A DNA stretch of 64,000 bases, taken from positions 1-64,000 of the forward strand of contig JAUCBJ010003629.1 in NCBI GenBank assembly GCA_032718475.1, given 5' to 3'. A program made the translations under genes and the position numbers. The notes under the pieces are model-generated. The model was not told the origin of the DNA, did not search any database, and was given only the letters and a program-made list of their open reading frames with translations. The first letter of the stretch is position 1. Each line of letters opens with the position of its first letter. This DNA is from Nemertoderma westbladi (taxonomy: Eukaryota > Animalia > Xenacoelomorpha). Shown in pieces: positions 25,653 to 37,759 of the stretch.

Positions 25653-26835
25653 TGTAAAAGCTTTTGTGGGATAACTGATACGTTTGCCTTTGCTGGCCAG
25701 TTCCCCCCCAGTCGCTAGAATACTCTCAAAGGGATTTATAACTAAAATAGTGCAAGCTACCGGCTTATTGGCTGATGTGCTGTACGGAGATATCTGGGCT
25801 CAGTTTAATCGGCCAACTAGCCTAGAGAGGTTGCCTAAGCCTTGCTGTCCGTGTCGGCCAATAGAATTTGCGTAGGCGTTGATTTCGACCTATCCCAGCG
25901 CTACTGAACTGAATTTCCTATCTCTATGCTCATCCTCTGTGTTGAACGGGAGCTTCGTGGAATAAGGGAGTTGGTATCTTCGTATAGAGCAGTAGTCACA
26001 TGTTTCTGTTGTTGTGTTCCCATTTTTCGCCATAACACCGGCTTTTGGAACAACTCTAGCAAAAACTGCTTAGATTATAGAAAGTATAACTGTTACCGGC
26101 GGTGTTACCTCACTTAATTTAACTGCACTAATCATATTGTTTGTACTGCTATTTACCGTCAGTTATTAATTGTATCGATTTGTTGATGAAATATTGTCAT
26201 TTGGAGAATATTGATAAATCACCCAAATTTCCCAATTTCTTGATACACTACAGGTTAGAGAGACAGGCTATATATAACAATTGCGATTTATATCAATGTG
26301 GTGTGTATTGAATCTAATGTTATTTAGTAGACACTACCTGAGTCAATTGCTGTTCTCTTTATGTGTGATCAAATATACTGACGGTCGGCAGAATAGTGTG
26401 CATGATTGTGAGTGTGATGTGACTGGTAACAAAGCATTTCCTAAAGAATGCGACTTATACTTTAATCATAAGCCTTATCGTTGCGTTTAGTATAAGTCCT
26501 AGCTCTGTTTAAATAGATAGAGCGCCACGTCCTAAAGGAACTGTTAATATTTCCCGAAAGCCAATAATATCTGTCAGAAATTAATTAATAACGATCTATC
26601 GAATAATACAGTAAGTTTACACTGCAACCTTACGCTGCAATAATAAAATTTAAGCAGCCGAATTCAGCCTCCTGGGTGTAGATCCATCGGGTGAATGATC
26701 GCGCATGGGCTGACTTCGGGTAATGTTTTGTATATTAGCATAAAATATTGTCGTATGCTAAAGGTGTTTTAATTAACTAAAAGACATATAAATTTTGGCA
26801 GGTTAAACTGCTAAAGGTCTTCAAAAGCGCGAACA
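25653..26835 (+). repeat. 5' LTR of element B
   Basis: Near-identical to 35716-36898; I noticed two substitutions. AATAAA at ~26642. Confidence 0.95.
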
Positions 26836-26847
26836 GTAACAGTTATA
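26836..26847 (+). promoter_or_regulatory. Non-tRNA PBS of B (GTAACAGTTATA), complementary to LTR motif 26085-26096
   Basis: Abuts the LTR CA end. Exact 12-nt reverse complement of TATAACTGTTAC in the LTR. Confidence 0.72.
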
Positions 26848-28682
26848 ATCTTATTGCAGTAGGCAATAAGGTTGCAAGATACCGTAGGAACCGGTACTTC
26901 TGTAGGTCTGTAGGCCTAACTGTCCTAACCGGTACTGCTGTATAAGTACATTAGTATTATTCGATTTTGATTATTGTATACCGGTAGGTCTTAGTATTTA
27001 ATCAGGGAACGGCCGCCCTGATTTTTATTTGAGATTCTACTTATTTCTGTCGGTTTTATTTACTAGTAGGCTAATATTGAGCAGAAGGCGTGTGACCCTG
27101 CTCAGATTGTTCAGATAATTGTAGGCTGAGCTGCTGTCTGACTGTTGTTGAGTTTGGAGAGATTGCGGTGTGTGTAGAGTTGGTCTGATAAAGTGCCGTT
27201 AGTAAGTTGGGGCAGCCATATGCGGTAAGGTCAATCCCCTCTTAAAGAGTAAGTCGTACTACCGTGTTAGAACGCATACTAACTAACAGTTTCAGAATCT
27301 GCACATACTGTAGTTTGTTTAGGCTTGATAGTAGTCTGCCAGCGTTTAGTTTGTATTTTGTTTGAGTATTCTGTACGGGTAGCGTAATATTTATTATTCA
27401 GAGTTTATGCGATTATTCGCAACATTCATGTCCCCAAGTTTATTCCTACAGTAATTGTGCTTGTTATACATACCGTTATAGTTAAATTAACCTCGGTACT
27501 ACATCAGGGCTGCTCGGCGTAGGTAAAGACTGGAGATTTTGTGCTTCGGTCACTCCAGCAGATGCCGTGGTTCTTTTAACTGTTCAAGTATATTTAACTA
27601 CTGATTATTTGTTATACCGGTACTTGTACCTAATTTAGGGTTTAGTGTACAGTGCTTTCCGAAGTAATTAGTGTAGGCAGTATATTTGTGTTGTAAAGTG
27701 GTTGATAGGCACATTCGTTAGCTCTATTAGCTTCTGGGTAGGAACAATCCGTGATACATAACGTAGTACCTATAGCGATACGGTTATAGGTCGTCAGGCG
27801 GTGGTATTTTCCTATCTGGACAGTGCAATATATTTACTACTACTTATTATTTTAAATACCGTAGTATCCTGTCTGTTGTAATAACCAGAATTCTAACCCT
27901 TTGTTAGGCTGGTTTGTAGACTTCCTGTAAAATTACCCTAAAAATTCGTACGTAATATTTTGTTGTTGTGTTTAATTAGAGATTTAATCTCACTCGTATC
28001 GTAAGTAATTTGTAGATAAGTAACTTAGGCCAGTAGAATTATCTGTTTTAGTGTCTCAATAAGTAACACTTCACTGAGAGCGCACAGCTTCTGTGTAGTG
28101 ACTCCCCCAGAAATAATAACATTTATTTCAAATATTGACAAAAACCCATTTTAAACGGGTATATAAATATTATAAATCAACTCAAACGATTTATAAATAG
28201 TAGGCCTGCCATACAACAACTAGGTCTCAATATCAGTTGGACTACTGCTTAAATAACGGTAATAAAGTAAGTTAAAGTAACCAAGTAACCCTAAAATATT
28301 CAGAAATTCAATTATTCTAAAATAATTGACATACCAGTATTTACCATCGGCTTATTATATTTATTTCTATAAATTTGAGCTGAAATCATACCGGTACTCT
28401 GTAATTAATTCTAGTCCATAATTATACTTATATATACTATCAGTGTAAGCTGTATACCGGTATTCACGATAGGCCTATTATATATTTATATATATTTGTG
28501 CTAAAATTATATACCGGTACTCTGTGACAAACCTAGTTTACAATACTTATATATACTATAAGTGTATACCGGTATTCTAATATATTGTAATTAATTACCG
28601 GTACTAGGCTAACAGTGATACTGAATTACTAGACTTGCTTTGACTGTAAAATAGCAATAGGCATTCAACTGTACAATCAAAC

Positions 28683-31600
28683 ATGTCTGACACAAAACGG
28701 GCACTGTCAGATAGTTCGGATCCCCTTCTCATCCTTCCTGTAGCCGTACTCAAAAGGGTATTGATTGCGGTGGAGGAGCACCAGATGGATTGGGCGAAAA
28801 GTGAGCGATCGACCAAGGATAGTTATGCGGGATACACGAAGGAGGAACTGAAGTCTATTGTCGAGACGCAATGGAATTTCCCCGGACCCGGACTCCCGTT
28901 TAACTTATCGAAAGCTGGCTGGGAGGACTTATACAGGATGGGAGTGGTATGGAACACTAGGGATTCGGCTATGTGGAAGGGGTCGGTAGCAGAATATGCA
29001 CAGAGATTCTTCAGCTCTCTGCGGCGATTGGAGGAGCAGCTGTTTCAGCGGCCTTACGGACCTCGGGAGCAGGAAGAGCTGCTTTATCAAGTTCGCGAAC
29101 GAGTTCTGTGGATCAGACTAATTCTTTCAGCCTATGAGAAAGTCTCAAGGATAAGCCAAGATACGTCGTTGCGGGTCGCCGTAAAGACTTTGTTCTGGCG
29201 TGTGAGTCTTAAAGTCCAAGCAACGACTCAATGGAAAGCTCTGCTAACCGAGCACATGACCCAAGGAGAATCAACAGATGCCGTCTTTTCTCAAGTGGAA
29301 GGCGAAGCGACGGCAGAGAAACCTCAGAAGAAGGACGCAAGCGTTACGTCACCTGATGAAGGCGATACCACTGATCCTGAAGGCGGAGGAAATAGATCTC
29401 GTTCCAACAGACGGAGAAGAATGCCTCACCGTCAGAAATTGCCTAATCTGCCCCCAGCTGGGAGAAGGCAACTAGCTAGCACAGACTTAGGTAGTACAGA
29501 ACCCACAGACCAAATTATTGCAGTAGAAAGACTCCCTACTGTAGTAGATGAGCCTGAAATAATTAGGCCTGTTCTTGAAATCACCCCTTCGGTGATAGAG
29601 ACACCTGTACTCCCAGAAACTGCCTATAAATTCCCTTTGTACAGTACTAAACTACCTGTGCCCAGTAGGACTGTTCCCGAGTCCGAACCCGTCCTGGACG
29701 CCGAGCGAGAGATCAAGAATTTATCGCCCGTCGTCTCTCGCTCGCCCGCTACTACGTTGGCGACTCCCGCTTCGGCGGTTGAGTGGGTAGCTGAGGGACG
29801 ACGGGAGATGGGTCTCCTGCTCGAGCAGCTGAGGGAACACTGTTTGTGCTCCTCTCAGCAAGTCCGGGAAATGGAAGAGACTGTTCAGCAGCTCAAGGGA
29901 ACAGTAAGGGAAAGTAGGTTAGAGTTGCAAAAAGTGCAGCAAAGTATCGCACTAGAATGCGACAAATTAGTCAACCTACAAAAGGGAATACCAATAACCC
30001 CTGTAACAGTGTGTCAGCCTGTTAGGTCTGAAGTATTACATGCGCAAGGTGTGGAGCCTACACGCATCTATACTGCTAGTGAAGTAGAAACTCCTATAGC
30101 AAACCCTATTAAGGGTGATTATACGCCTGTTGTTAATGACATTCCCAATAGACCTGATAATAATCCGAGAAATTTATATACCGATAACTCGATATTCAAT
30201 AACACGATGGCCCAAGAAAGTTTTACGCGTCAAATGGCTAGAACCGAAGCCCGTCAAGCGGTAAAGGTTGGAGAGATAGTCAAGTTCAATGGAGATGAGA
30301 TGAAATGGTTACCTTTTAATGAATATTATAAAGATAACATACAGAACTCTGTGTTATCCAACGGAGAGAAACTTAGATTCCTCATCGAGTGCTTGGAAGG
30401 ACCTCCCAAGTCAATGGCGTTAAAATTTATTGGACATCCAGATGGATTAAGACAAGTTTGGGATACACTAAACATCAGGTATGGTAATAGGAATAACATA
30501 GCTAGGTATTTATATGCGAAATTAATGGCCCCCCGAAAGTTTCTTAGCAGCGGGATTATAGAGTTTTCCGATGAGATTCAGGAGATCTGTAGACAACTAG
30601 ATTGGTTAGGTAAGTCTCATGAATACCAGAATTCTATGGTTGTAGGAGCCTTAGCATCTACTTTGCCCAAGGGTGGAGTAGGTACACGCTGGGACAAGAA
30701 GGTGTTATATACGATGGAACAACAACAACGAGACCCTACCATGGCTGATCTCATGTCATTCTTGGATGGCGAAGTGAAATTACAACTCCTAAAGCAATCC
30801 AGAGAGAAAACACCGGAAAATATGGTAAGTGAGAAACCCGTTTCTAGGAGAAGAGTAACACCGGTGTGTTATACTGATGACGGTGAAAGCCAAGCTTCTC
30901 AAGAAGAAGACAGCGGGAAAGACACCGAGAAATTTTACTATGTTAACAAGACCTCAAAGGACGTAAGTAAATCTAAAGCTCGAACCCATGACAGGAGAGA
31001 ACAGGTTGCTAAGACTCCTCTTCAGTTTCCTAACAGAGTACACGGAAGAAAGCCCGAAGAAAGAACAAGAGTGCATAACGTCACCCAAAATAAGGTGAGT
31101 AACATTAAACCCAACTGTGCGCTGTGCGACGGGCCCCACCGTTTGAGTGCGTGTGCGGAATTCCTAAAGAAATCCCTTGTAGACAGACGTACAGTTGTGT
31201 GGGACAAGCGGTTATGCTATAATTGCCTCAGACGCGGACACCAGCGGCGAACCTGTTACTCCGACATAAAGTGTGCAAAGTGCGGTGCGAAACATCACAT
31301 CTTGTTACAAAGTGAATTCGAACGAAACAGCCCGAGTCAGGTAAGTGAGCCCAAATCACATGTCCAATTCAGTGATGTGAACGACACTGACCAAAGTTCT
31401 GAGTGGGAAGGATTCTATACGGACGAATTCTCCGACGCCAACGAATCCTGTTACCTAATAAATACCGCAGTGTATCGAGCACTTACTTACGAAAAGGACA
31501 CCGACAATGAGTTCTCCCCAACTAACTTTGACAGACAACCATCCTGGAAACCTTCAACTTCCAACGTAGGAATCAGAGAATTTCCTGTAGTGCAGGTAAG

Positions 31601-32549
31601 AGTTCAGGGTCCTAACAAAAGTTACATAGTGAATGCCCTCCTTGACTCCGGCAGTACAGGAACATTCATCGATCAAGAACTAGCCGAAGACATCTTTGCT
31701 GGACAACCCAAATTCCGAACTAAGTTAAATATGTCAGGAGTTATACAGGTTTGGAAATCTACCATAACGGCAGATTACTATGTAGGTGCGTTGTCCACCC
31801 CACAGGATAAATTAGGAGAACAAAGTATAAGGTCAGTAAAAATGGTAGCTATAAAGAACTTCGCTAATACCCAAGTAGAGCCTTATAACTGGAACGAGGA
31901 CAAGAGCATCCAACAACTTAAAATACCTCGATTCCAGACGGATTATCCTGGAGTGCAAATACTTATCGGCCAAAACGCGCACGAGGCGCTCGAGACATTG
32001 GAAAAACGACCTGCTCAACCGCAGCCACTACAAACCTATGCGGTAAGAACTAGAGTAGGTTGGTACTTTACTGGCCCTTCCCGCAGAACTCTCGAAGAGA
32101 GACTACCACCAGAAAGAATATGCCAGATAAATGGTTGGGAAGTGGAGAGCAGTGAAGTGGACGAACTAACTGAGGGAACACCATACTCCTCAGATAATGA
32201 CGATATTAACTCCAATGAAGATCAATGGAGACATCGCCCCGAGATGATTAATCTAGCCGACATCGCTTCCAGAGGAGCGACTCCTCAAGAACGGATAGAT
32301 ACTCCCGGCTGGTTAGGTGGACCCGACTCCCTAAGTAAAGAAGAAGATGAATGGCCTCCCCACCTTAACCCGGCTGAGATTAGACAGGCCAAGGGAGCGG
32401 AGAAAGTAACACGACAACCCAATCACCCAGCTGGTCGTTTATGTTTACTGGAAAGAGACCAAAAACTGTCCGGAAACTATGGAAGGCAAGATACTCTTCC
32501 TACGACCACTTCCCTAATCCGACAAATATCTAGGGACTCCATAACATAA
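28683..32549 (+). CDS. gag: Gag-protease polyprotein with fused RNase H and integrase C-terminal remnants; RT and IN core deleted
   Basis: Pao Gag segment; three zinc knuckles (CALCDGPHRLSAC, CYNCLRRGHQRRTC, CAKCGAKHH); protease ALLDSGS; then WRHRPEMINLADIASRG..WLGGP..EWP (RNase H tail) and HPAGRLCLLE (IN tail). No YxDD motif. Confidence 0.88.
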   Translation: MSDTKRALSDSSDPLLILPVAVLKRVLIAVEEHQMDWAKSERSTKDSYAGYTKEELKSIVETQWNFPGPGLPFNLSKAGWEDLYRMGVVWNTRDSAMWKGSVAEYAQRFFSSLRRLEEQLFQRPYGPREQEELLYQVRERVLWIRLILSAYEKVSRISQDTSLRVAVKTLFWRVSLKVQATTQWKALLTEHMTQGESTDAVFSQVEGEATAEKPQKKDASVTSPDEGDTTDPEGGGNRSRSNRRRRMPHRQKLPNLPPAGRRQLASTDLGSTEPTDQIIAVERLPTVVDEPEIIRPVLEITPSVIETPVLPETAYKFPLYSTKLPVPSRTVPESEPVLDAEREIKNLSPVVSRSPATTLATPASAVEWVAEGRREMGLLLEQLREHCLCSSQQVREMEETVQQLKGTVRESRLELQKVQQSIALECDKLVNLQKGIPITPVTVCQPVRSEVLHAQGVEPTRIYTASEVETPIANPIKGDYTPVVNDIPNRPDNNPRNLYTDNSIFNNTMAQESFTRQMARTEARQAVKVGEIVKFNGDEMKWLPFNEYYKDNIQNSVLSNGEKLRFLIECLEGPPKSMALKFIGHPDGLRQVWDTLNIRYGNRNNIARYLYAKLMAPRKFLSSGIIEFSDEIQEICRQLDWLGKSHEYQNSMVVGALASTLPKGGVGTRWDKKVLYTMEQQQRDPTMADLMSFLDGEVKLQLLKQSREKTPENMVSEKPVSRRRVTPVCYTDDGESQASQEEDSGKDTEKFYYVNKTSKDVSKSKARTHDRREQVAKTPLQFPNRVHGRKPEERTRVHNVTQNKVSNIKPNCALCDGPHRLSACAEFLKKSLVDRRTVVWDKRLCYNCLRRGHQRRTCYSDIKCAKCGAKHHILLQSEFERNSPSQVSEPKSHVQFSDVNDTDQSSEWEGFYTDEFSDANESCYLINTAVYRALTYEKDTDNEFSPTNFDRQPSWKPSTSNVGIREFPVVQVRVQGPNKSYIVNALLDSGSTGTFIDQELAEDIFAGQPKFRTKLNMSGVIQVWKSTITADYYVGALSTPQDKLGEQSIRSVKMVAIKNFANTQVEPYNWNEDKSIQQLKIPRFQTDYPGVQILIGQNAHEALETLEKRPAQPQPLQTYAVRTRVGWYFTGPSRRTLEERLPPERICQINGWEVESSEVDELTEGTPYSSDNDDINSNEDQWRHRPEMINLADIASRGATPQERIDTPGWLGGPDSLSKEEDEWPPHLNPAEIRQAKGAEKVTRQPNHPAGRLCLLERDQKLSGNYGRQDTLPTTTSLIRQISRDSIT

Positions 32550-34188
32550 TAACATATGGAGTGGGTGTGTGACTATATCATTTTATATTTGTTTTTTATT
32601 TTATATTTATGTATGTATTATTACGTAATTTTATTATAATCGTTTTCTTTAATTTTATTTAGTAGAATGTTATTTTAGCGATTATTTAGTAAATTAGTGC
32701 AATATATTAGTGTTTATTACGTACTTAATTACTTATAATATATTTAGTGCGACGGCAAGAAATAATTATTTTTCTCTTTCCTTACTGTCTGTATTATATT
32801 ATAAATGCGAGACTATAGTAAGATGACATGTCAGTACTTATTAAAGTAAAAAAAAAAAAAAAAAAAAAAGCCACTACTATATTTAAGTATTATTGGTAGG
32901 CAGAGTATTAGGAATGCAAAGTTCAGATCCTCGAGTCTCGGCTAAACCAAGCTCTGGGTAGACCTTGGAAACGACTTGCCTCTTCACACTGACATTGCTT
33001 CGTGCGATATTGCTCTTCTACCTTATAACAAATAATACATATAGTAGCGTGATGTCCCTCTAACAGTAGCGTAAAACGCAAATAAAGCTGTTAAACCTTT
33101 TGACCATCTGTAATTCTAGTCGATTAAGATATCGTGGCACCCACCGATATACTTGAAAGACAAATTCTAGAATCAGTGGTTAACGTCCCCAGACAAGTTC
33201 TGGAATAAATCGGTGCCCATCCAAAAATATTAATTTAATATTTATTAAAATCTGTAAAATTCCGATCCTTTAAAATTTCTAGTCAATTAAGATATCGCAG
33301 CACTTACCGATACTCTTAAAAGGACGATTTTATAGAATTAAGGATCCTAAGTCCCCAGATATGCTCTGGAATAAAATTTGTGCCAATTTAACATCAAATA
33401 ATAAAATTCGAGGGAATAAATTTAAATTCATATTCAAATGAATTTCATAAATTGTCATTTTGTGCAATTTGTAACATTCCCAAAATTTCAGTAATTAATA
33501 GATCATGGGAGCGGAGATTCATATTGAGTGTATTAGAGTGCGAGAATCTCCAACATATAGTCAATAGCCGATAAAATTTATAAAATCATGCATAAAGAGG
33601 ATATTGACAATTAAAGAATTACTATTAAATAGCATCCCAGATCTGTATGCATGAGAATTACCCTAATTCTACCGCTAGTTTTCCATAATGTCACCATGGC
33701 AACACCCACGCTAGAATTAGAAACAAGTTAAAGGAACAATAAAAAGCTTGCCCCATTGCGTAGCATAAGAGTATACATAGCGCACTGTTAGTATCCAAGG
33801 ATACATAGTAATAACGTGACATTCTGGAAGACACTGACTAACGGACAAATGGCATGCATGTGTGCAGTAAGTAATGATTGTATGGAATTTGTGCGTTTAT
33901 AGGTGAATGTTACTACTAAAGTGTGTTTACAGTAGCTAATCGCAATTGTAAAATAGCCCTAACTCTACCGAGATAACCTCAAGTGGATTCAAGCCTTTGG
34001 GACGGACAGTGGTGGGACTTGTGCCGGTTATCGTTGTCGTGCTGTTGCTACATGTTGGCGTAAACACTGCGACAACGGTACATCGGCGCTGAGAAACCCA
34101 CTGTCCGGGGGCAAAGCCTAGTAGGCAGCGACGCCCGCTTGCCTGAAATATTAACTCATATTGATATTAATAAACTCAGATAGCAGAT

Positions 34189-35637
34189 ATGACGGAATTG
34201 ATAGAAGATGACCTTGGTATTAGAGAGCGATATACTCTACCTTTACAAGCGTTTGTGGATAGTTTGATACGCGGTGAAGCCGATCCGACTATTACGGAGG
34301 ACGATGGTCGTTATATCGAACCGCCGATGTCCCAGGAACAACTTACGCGTGAATTGGACTATAGAAAATTCACCACTCGCTATACGAATCGTAATGGTAC
34401 GAATATGGACTTCTTAACTACCGGCCATCCTATCGATTTACATGATACGGACGATGTATACACCGAAAGGGAAATGGTTCTATTTAAATATCATACCCAG
34501 CGGAGTCGTAACGATAAACCGAGAATAGATCACGAAAATTATATTCGTAACAGACTGGGAAGACGAACCAATATGCCTAGAATCTGAGGAGATTCAGCCT
34601 ATCGCGCCCGGAACAGCGACAACGATTACATCCTAGAGTGGTATCAAGGTCCACAGTGTCTCACTGCGTACGATTATCGCCATGCCAACTATGTTTCTCG
34701 GCAACGTTGTCGGTTATGCGCATCGAGAGACCATGTTACGCCCATGGACACAAACGTCCGCTGTTCCTACTTCCACGAACAACTGACGATGGAAATTTAT
34801 TGCGCGTATTACAGACTCAATAACTTGCACATTTTTGCGGTTTGCCCTCAATTTATGACTCGATGCCATCATTGTCAATTAAAAGGACACGCCAGCTTTG
34901 ATTGTCCCTTTAACCATGATTTAGAGAGCGTAGATGAAATGATTGTACTACGTTATATCAGAGCTTGGGAAGCGAACGCTGATTTACATTGTGATTCACG
35001 CCATCGCTATTATCCTGGACGCGCTTACGAAGGAGTTTATGCGTTCCATCCTTATTTGTTTGCCTCCGTCGAGCAGAAATCGCGCCTATCAAGTTATGAA
35101 CTATTGAAGCGCGTTGGAGAATGTATTTCAACCAAATATGTACGCAAATTCCTCAGGAGCATTAATCCGAGTGACATCAATTCGTATAACTTAATAAACT
35201 TTATCCGTCAAGATCCGGCCTATGGAGACTTATTTGTCAACTCACACCCCGAGTTACAGGAAGTATATCGACGGCCTTACGAGTACAGAGCCCGCGAACG
35301 TGAGTTGGAAAGAACCATTAAACCAAGGAAGTTTCTAACTGCCTATGGTCCACCCACGGCCCTCGTTCAGACCACTCGTAAAGGACCCGTAAGAGCGGCT
35401 GTCTTGAAACGAGCTCTCAAAGCCGTTAGACCCCTCTCCCCGGACGTTGATGTTAATCAACCCGGTACTTCGACCGGCGGATATACCGATCGCAATCCCA
35501 CACCTTCTGATGCAATCATATTGCACCCTTCACCCAGGAGTTATAGCCCTCCTCGTAAAGTGGCTCGCCCCAAAGAGAAAAGGACTCTTGCTAGCTTTAA
35601 AAAACTGCGTAAACGCCGTCCGCGCAAGAAAGACTAA
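34189..35637 (+). pseudogene. Third ORF of B: zinc-knuckle protein homologous to the C-terminal part of ORF3 of element C; one in-frame TGA
   Basis: ORFs 34189-34587 and 34744-35637 share a frame and are separated only by TGA at 34585-34587. The joined reading gives RCRLCASRDH, HIFAVCPQFMTRCHHCQLKGHASFDC, AWEANADLH and a basic C-terminus. Confidence 0.75.
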
Positions 35638-35715
35638 CTGTTTAGAGTATTTTTATATTTTAGAAACTGTGATTTTGTATATTTTATAGACTTAAATCCC
35701 ATTTTCTGGGAGCGG

Positions 35716-36898
35716 TGTAAAAGCTTTTGTGGGATAACTGATACGTTTGCCTTTGCTGGCCAGTTCCCCCCCAGTCGCTAGAATACTCTCAAAGGGATTT
35801 ATAACTAAAATAGTGCAAGCTACCGGCTTATTGGCTGATGTGCTGTACGGAGATATCTGGGCTCAGTTTAATCGGCCAACTAGCCTAGAGAGGTTGCCTA
35901 AGCCTTGCTGTCCGTGTCGGCCAATAGAATTTGCGTAGGCGTTGATTTCGACCTATCCCAGCGCTACTGAACTGAATTTCCTATCTCTATGCTCATCCTC
36001 TGTGTTGAACGGGAGCTTCGTGGAATAAGGGAGTTGGTATCTTCGTATAGAGCAGTAGTCACATGTTTCTGTTGTTGTGTTCCCATTTTTCGCCATAACA
36101 CCGGCTTTTGGAACAACTCTAGCAAAAACTGCTTAGATTATAGAAAGTATAACTGTTACCGGCGGTGTTACCTCACTTAATTTAACTGCACTAATCATAT
36201 TGTTTGTACTGCTATTTACCGTCAGTTATTAATTGTATCGATTTGTTGATGAAATATTGTCATTTGGAGAATATTGATAAATCACCCAAATTTCCCAATT
36301 TCTTGATACACTACAGGTTAGAGAGACAGGCTATATATAACAATTGCGATTTATATCAATGTGGTGCGTATTGAATCTAATGTTATTTAGTAGACACTAC
36401 CTGAGTCAATTGCTGTTCTCTTTATGTGTGATCAAATATACTGACGGTCGGCAGAATAGTGTGCATGATTGTGAGTGTGATGTGACTGGTAACAAAGCAT
36501 TTCCTAAAGAATGCGACTTATACTTTAATCATAAGCCTTATCGTTGCGTTTAGTATAAGTCCTAGCTCTGTTTAAATAGATAGAGCGCCACGTCCTAAAG
36601 GAACTGTTAATATTTCCCGAAAGCCAATAATATCTGTCAGAAATTAATTAATAACGATCTATCGAATAATACAGTAAGTTTACACTGCAACCTTACGCTG
36701 CAATAATAAAATTTAAGCAGCCGAATTCAGCCTCCCGGGTGTAGATCCATCGGGTGAATGATCGCGCATGGGCTGACTTCGGGTAATGTTTTGTATATTA
36801 GCATAAAATATTGTCGTATGCTAAAGGTGTTTTAATTAACTAAAAGACATATAAATTTTGGCAGGTTAAACTGCTAAAGGTCTTCAAAAGCGCGAACA
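35716..36898 (+). repeat. 3' LTR of element B
   Basis: Direct repeat of 25653-26835. Confidence 0.95.
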
Positions 36899-37738
36899 TC
36901 CTGCGACGTTAAAGTCTGAGACAGTAGGTCCTGCGACGTTAAATTCTGAGACAGTAGATCCTGCGACGTTAAATTCCGCGACAGTAGGTCCTGTGACGTT
37001 AAATTCAGAGACAGTAGGTCCTGCGACGTTAAATTCTGCGACAGTAGGTCCTGCGACATTAAATGTTGAGACAGAAGGTCCTGCGACGTTAAATTCTGAG
37101 ACAGTAGGTCCTGTGACGTTAAATTCAGAGACAGTAGGTCCTGCGACGTTAAATTCTGCGACAGCAGGTCCTGCGACATTAAATGCTGAGACAGAAGGTC
37201 CTGCGACGTTAAATTCTGAGACAGTAGGTCCTGCGACGTTAAATTCTGAGACAGAAGGTCCTGCGACGTTAAATTCTAAGACAGTAGGTCCTGCGACGTT
37301 AAATTCAGAGACAGTAGGTCCTGCGACGTTAAATTCTGCGACAGCAGGTCCTGCGACATTAAATGTTGAGACAGAAGGTCCTGCGACGTTAAATTCTGAG
37401 ACAGTAGGTCCTGCGACGTTAAATTCTGCGTCAGCAGGTCCTGCAACATTAAATGCTGAGACAGAAGGTCCTGCGACGTTAAATTCTGAGACAGTAGGTC
37501 CTGCGACGTTAAATTCTGAGACAGTAGGTCCTGTGACGTTGAATTCTAAGACAGTAGGTCCTGTGACGTTAAATTCAGAGACAGTAGGTCCTGTGACGTT
37601 AAATTCTGAGACAGTAGGTCCTGCGACGTTAAATTCTAAGACAGTAGGTCCTGTGACGTTAAATTCAGAGACAGTAGGTCCTGTGACGTTAAATTCTGAG
37701 ACAGTAGGTCCTGCGACGTTAAATTCAGAGACAGTAGA
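36899..37738 (+). repeat. 30-bp minisatellite, right part (~28 copies)
   Basis: Same unit as 25560-25652. Confidence 0.95.
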
Positions 37739-37759
37739 TATGTATGTACTACCCACCAA

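Larger units (their letters stand above)
25653..36898 (+). mobile_element. Complete non-autonomous BEL/Pao LTR element B
   Basis: Two 1183-bp TG...CA LTRs, 5-bp TSD TCCTG (25648-25652 / 36899-36903), a gag-PR ORF, a third ORF, and PPT-like TGGGAGCGG before the 3' LTR. Confidence 0.95.

Noticed and set aside
26806-26835. TGG-containing sequence near the end of the B LTR as a tRNA PBS
   Set aside because: The TGGCAGG (~26796) and the rest of this terminal segment lie inside the LTR and recur in the 3' LTR before the TSD, so they cannot be the PBS.
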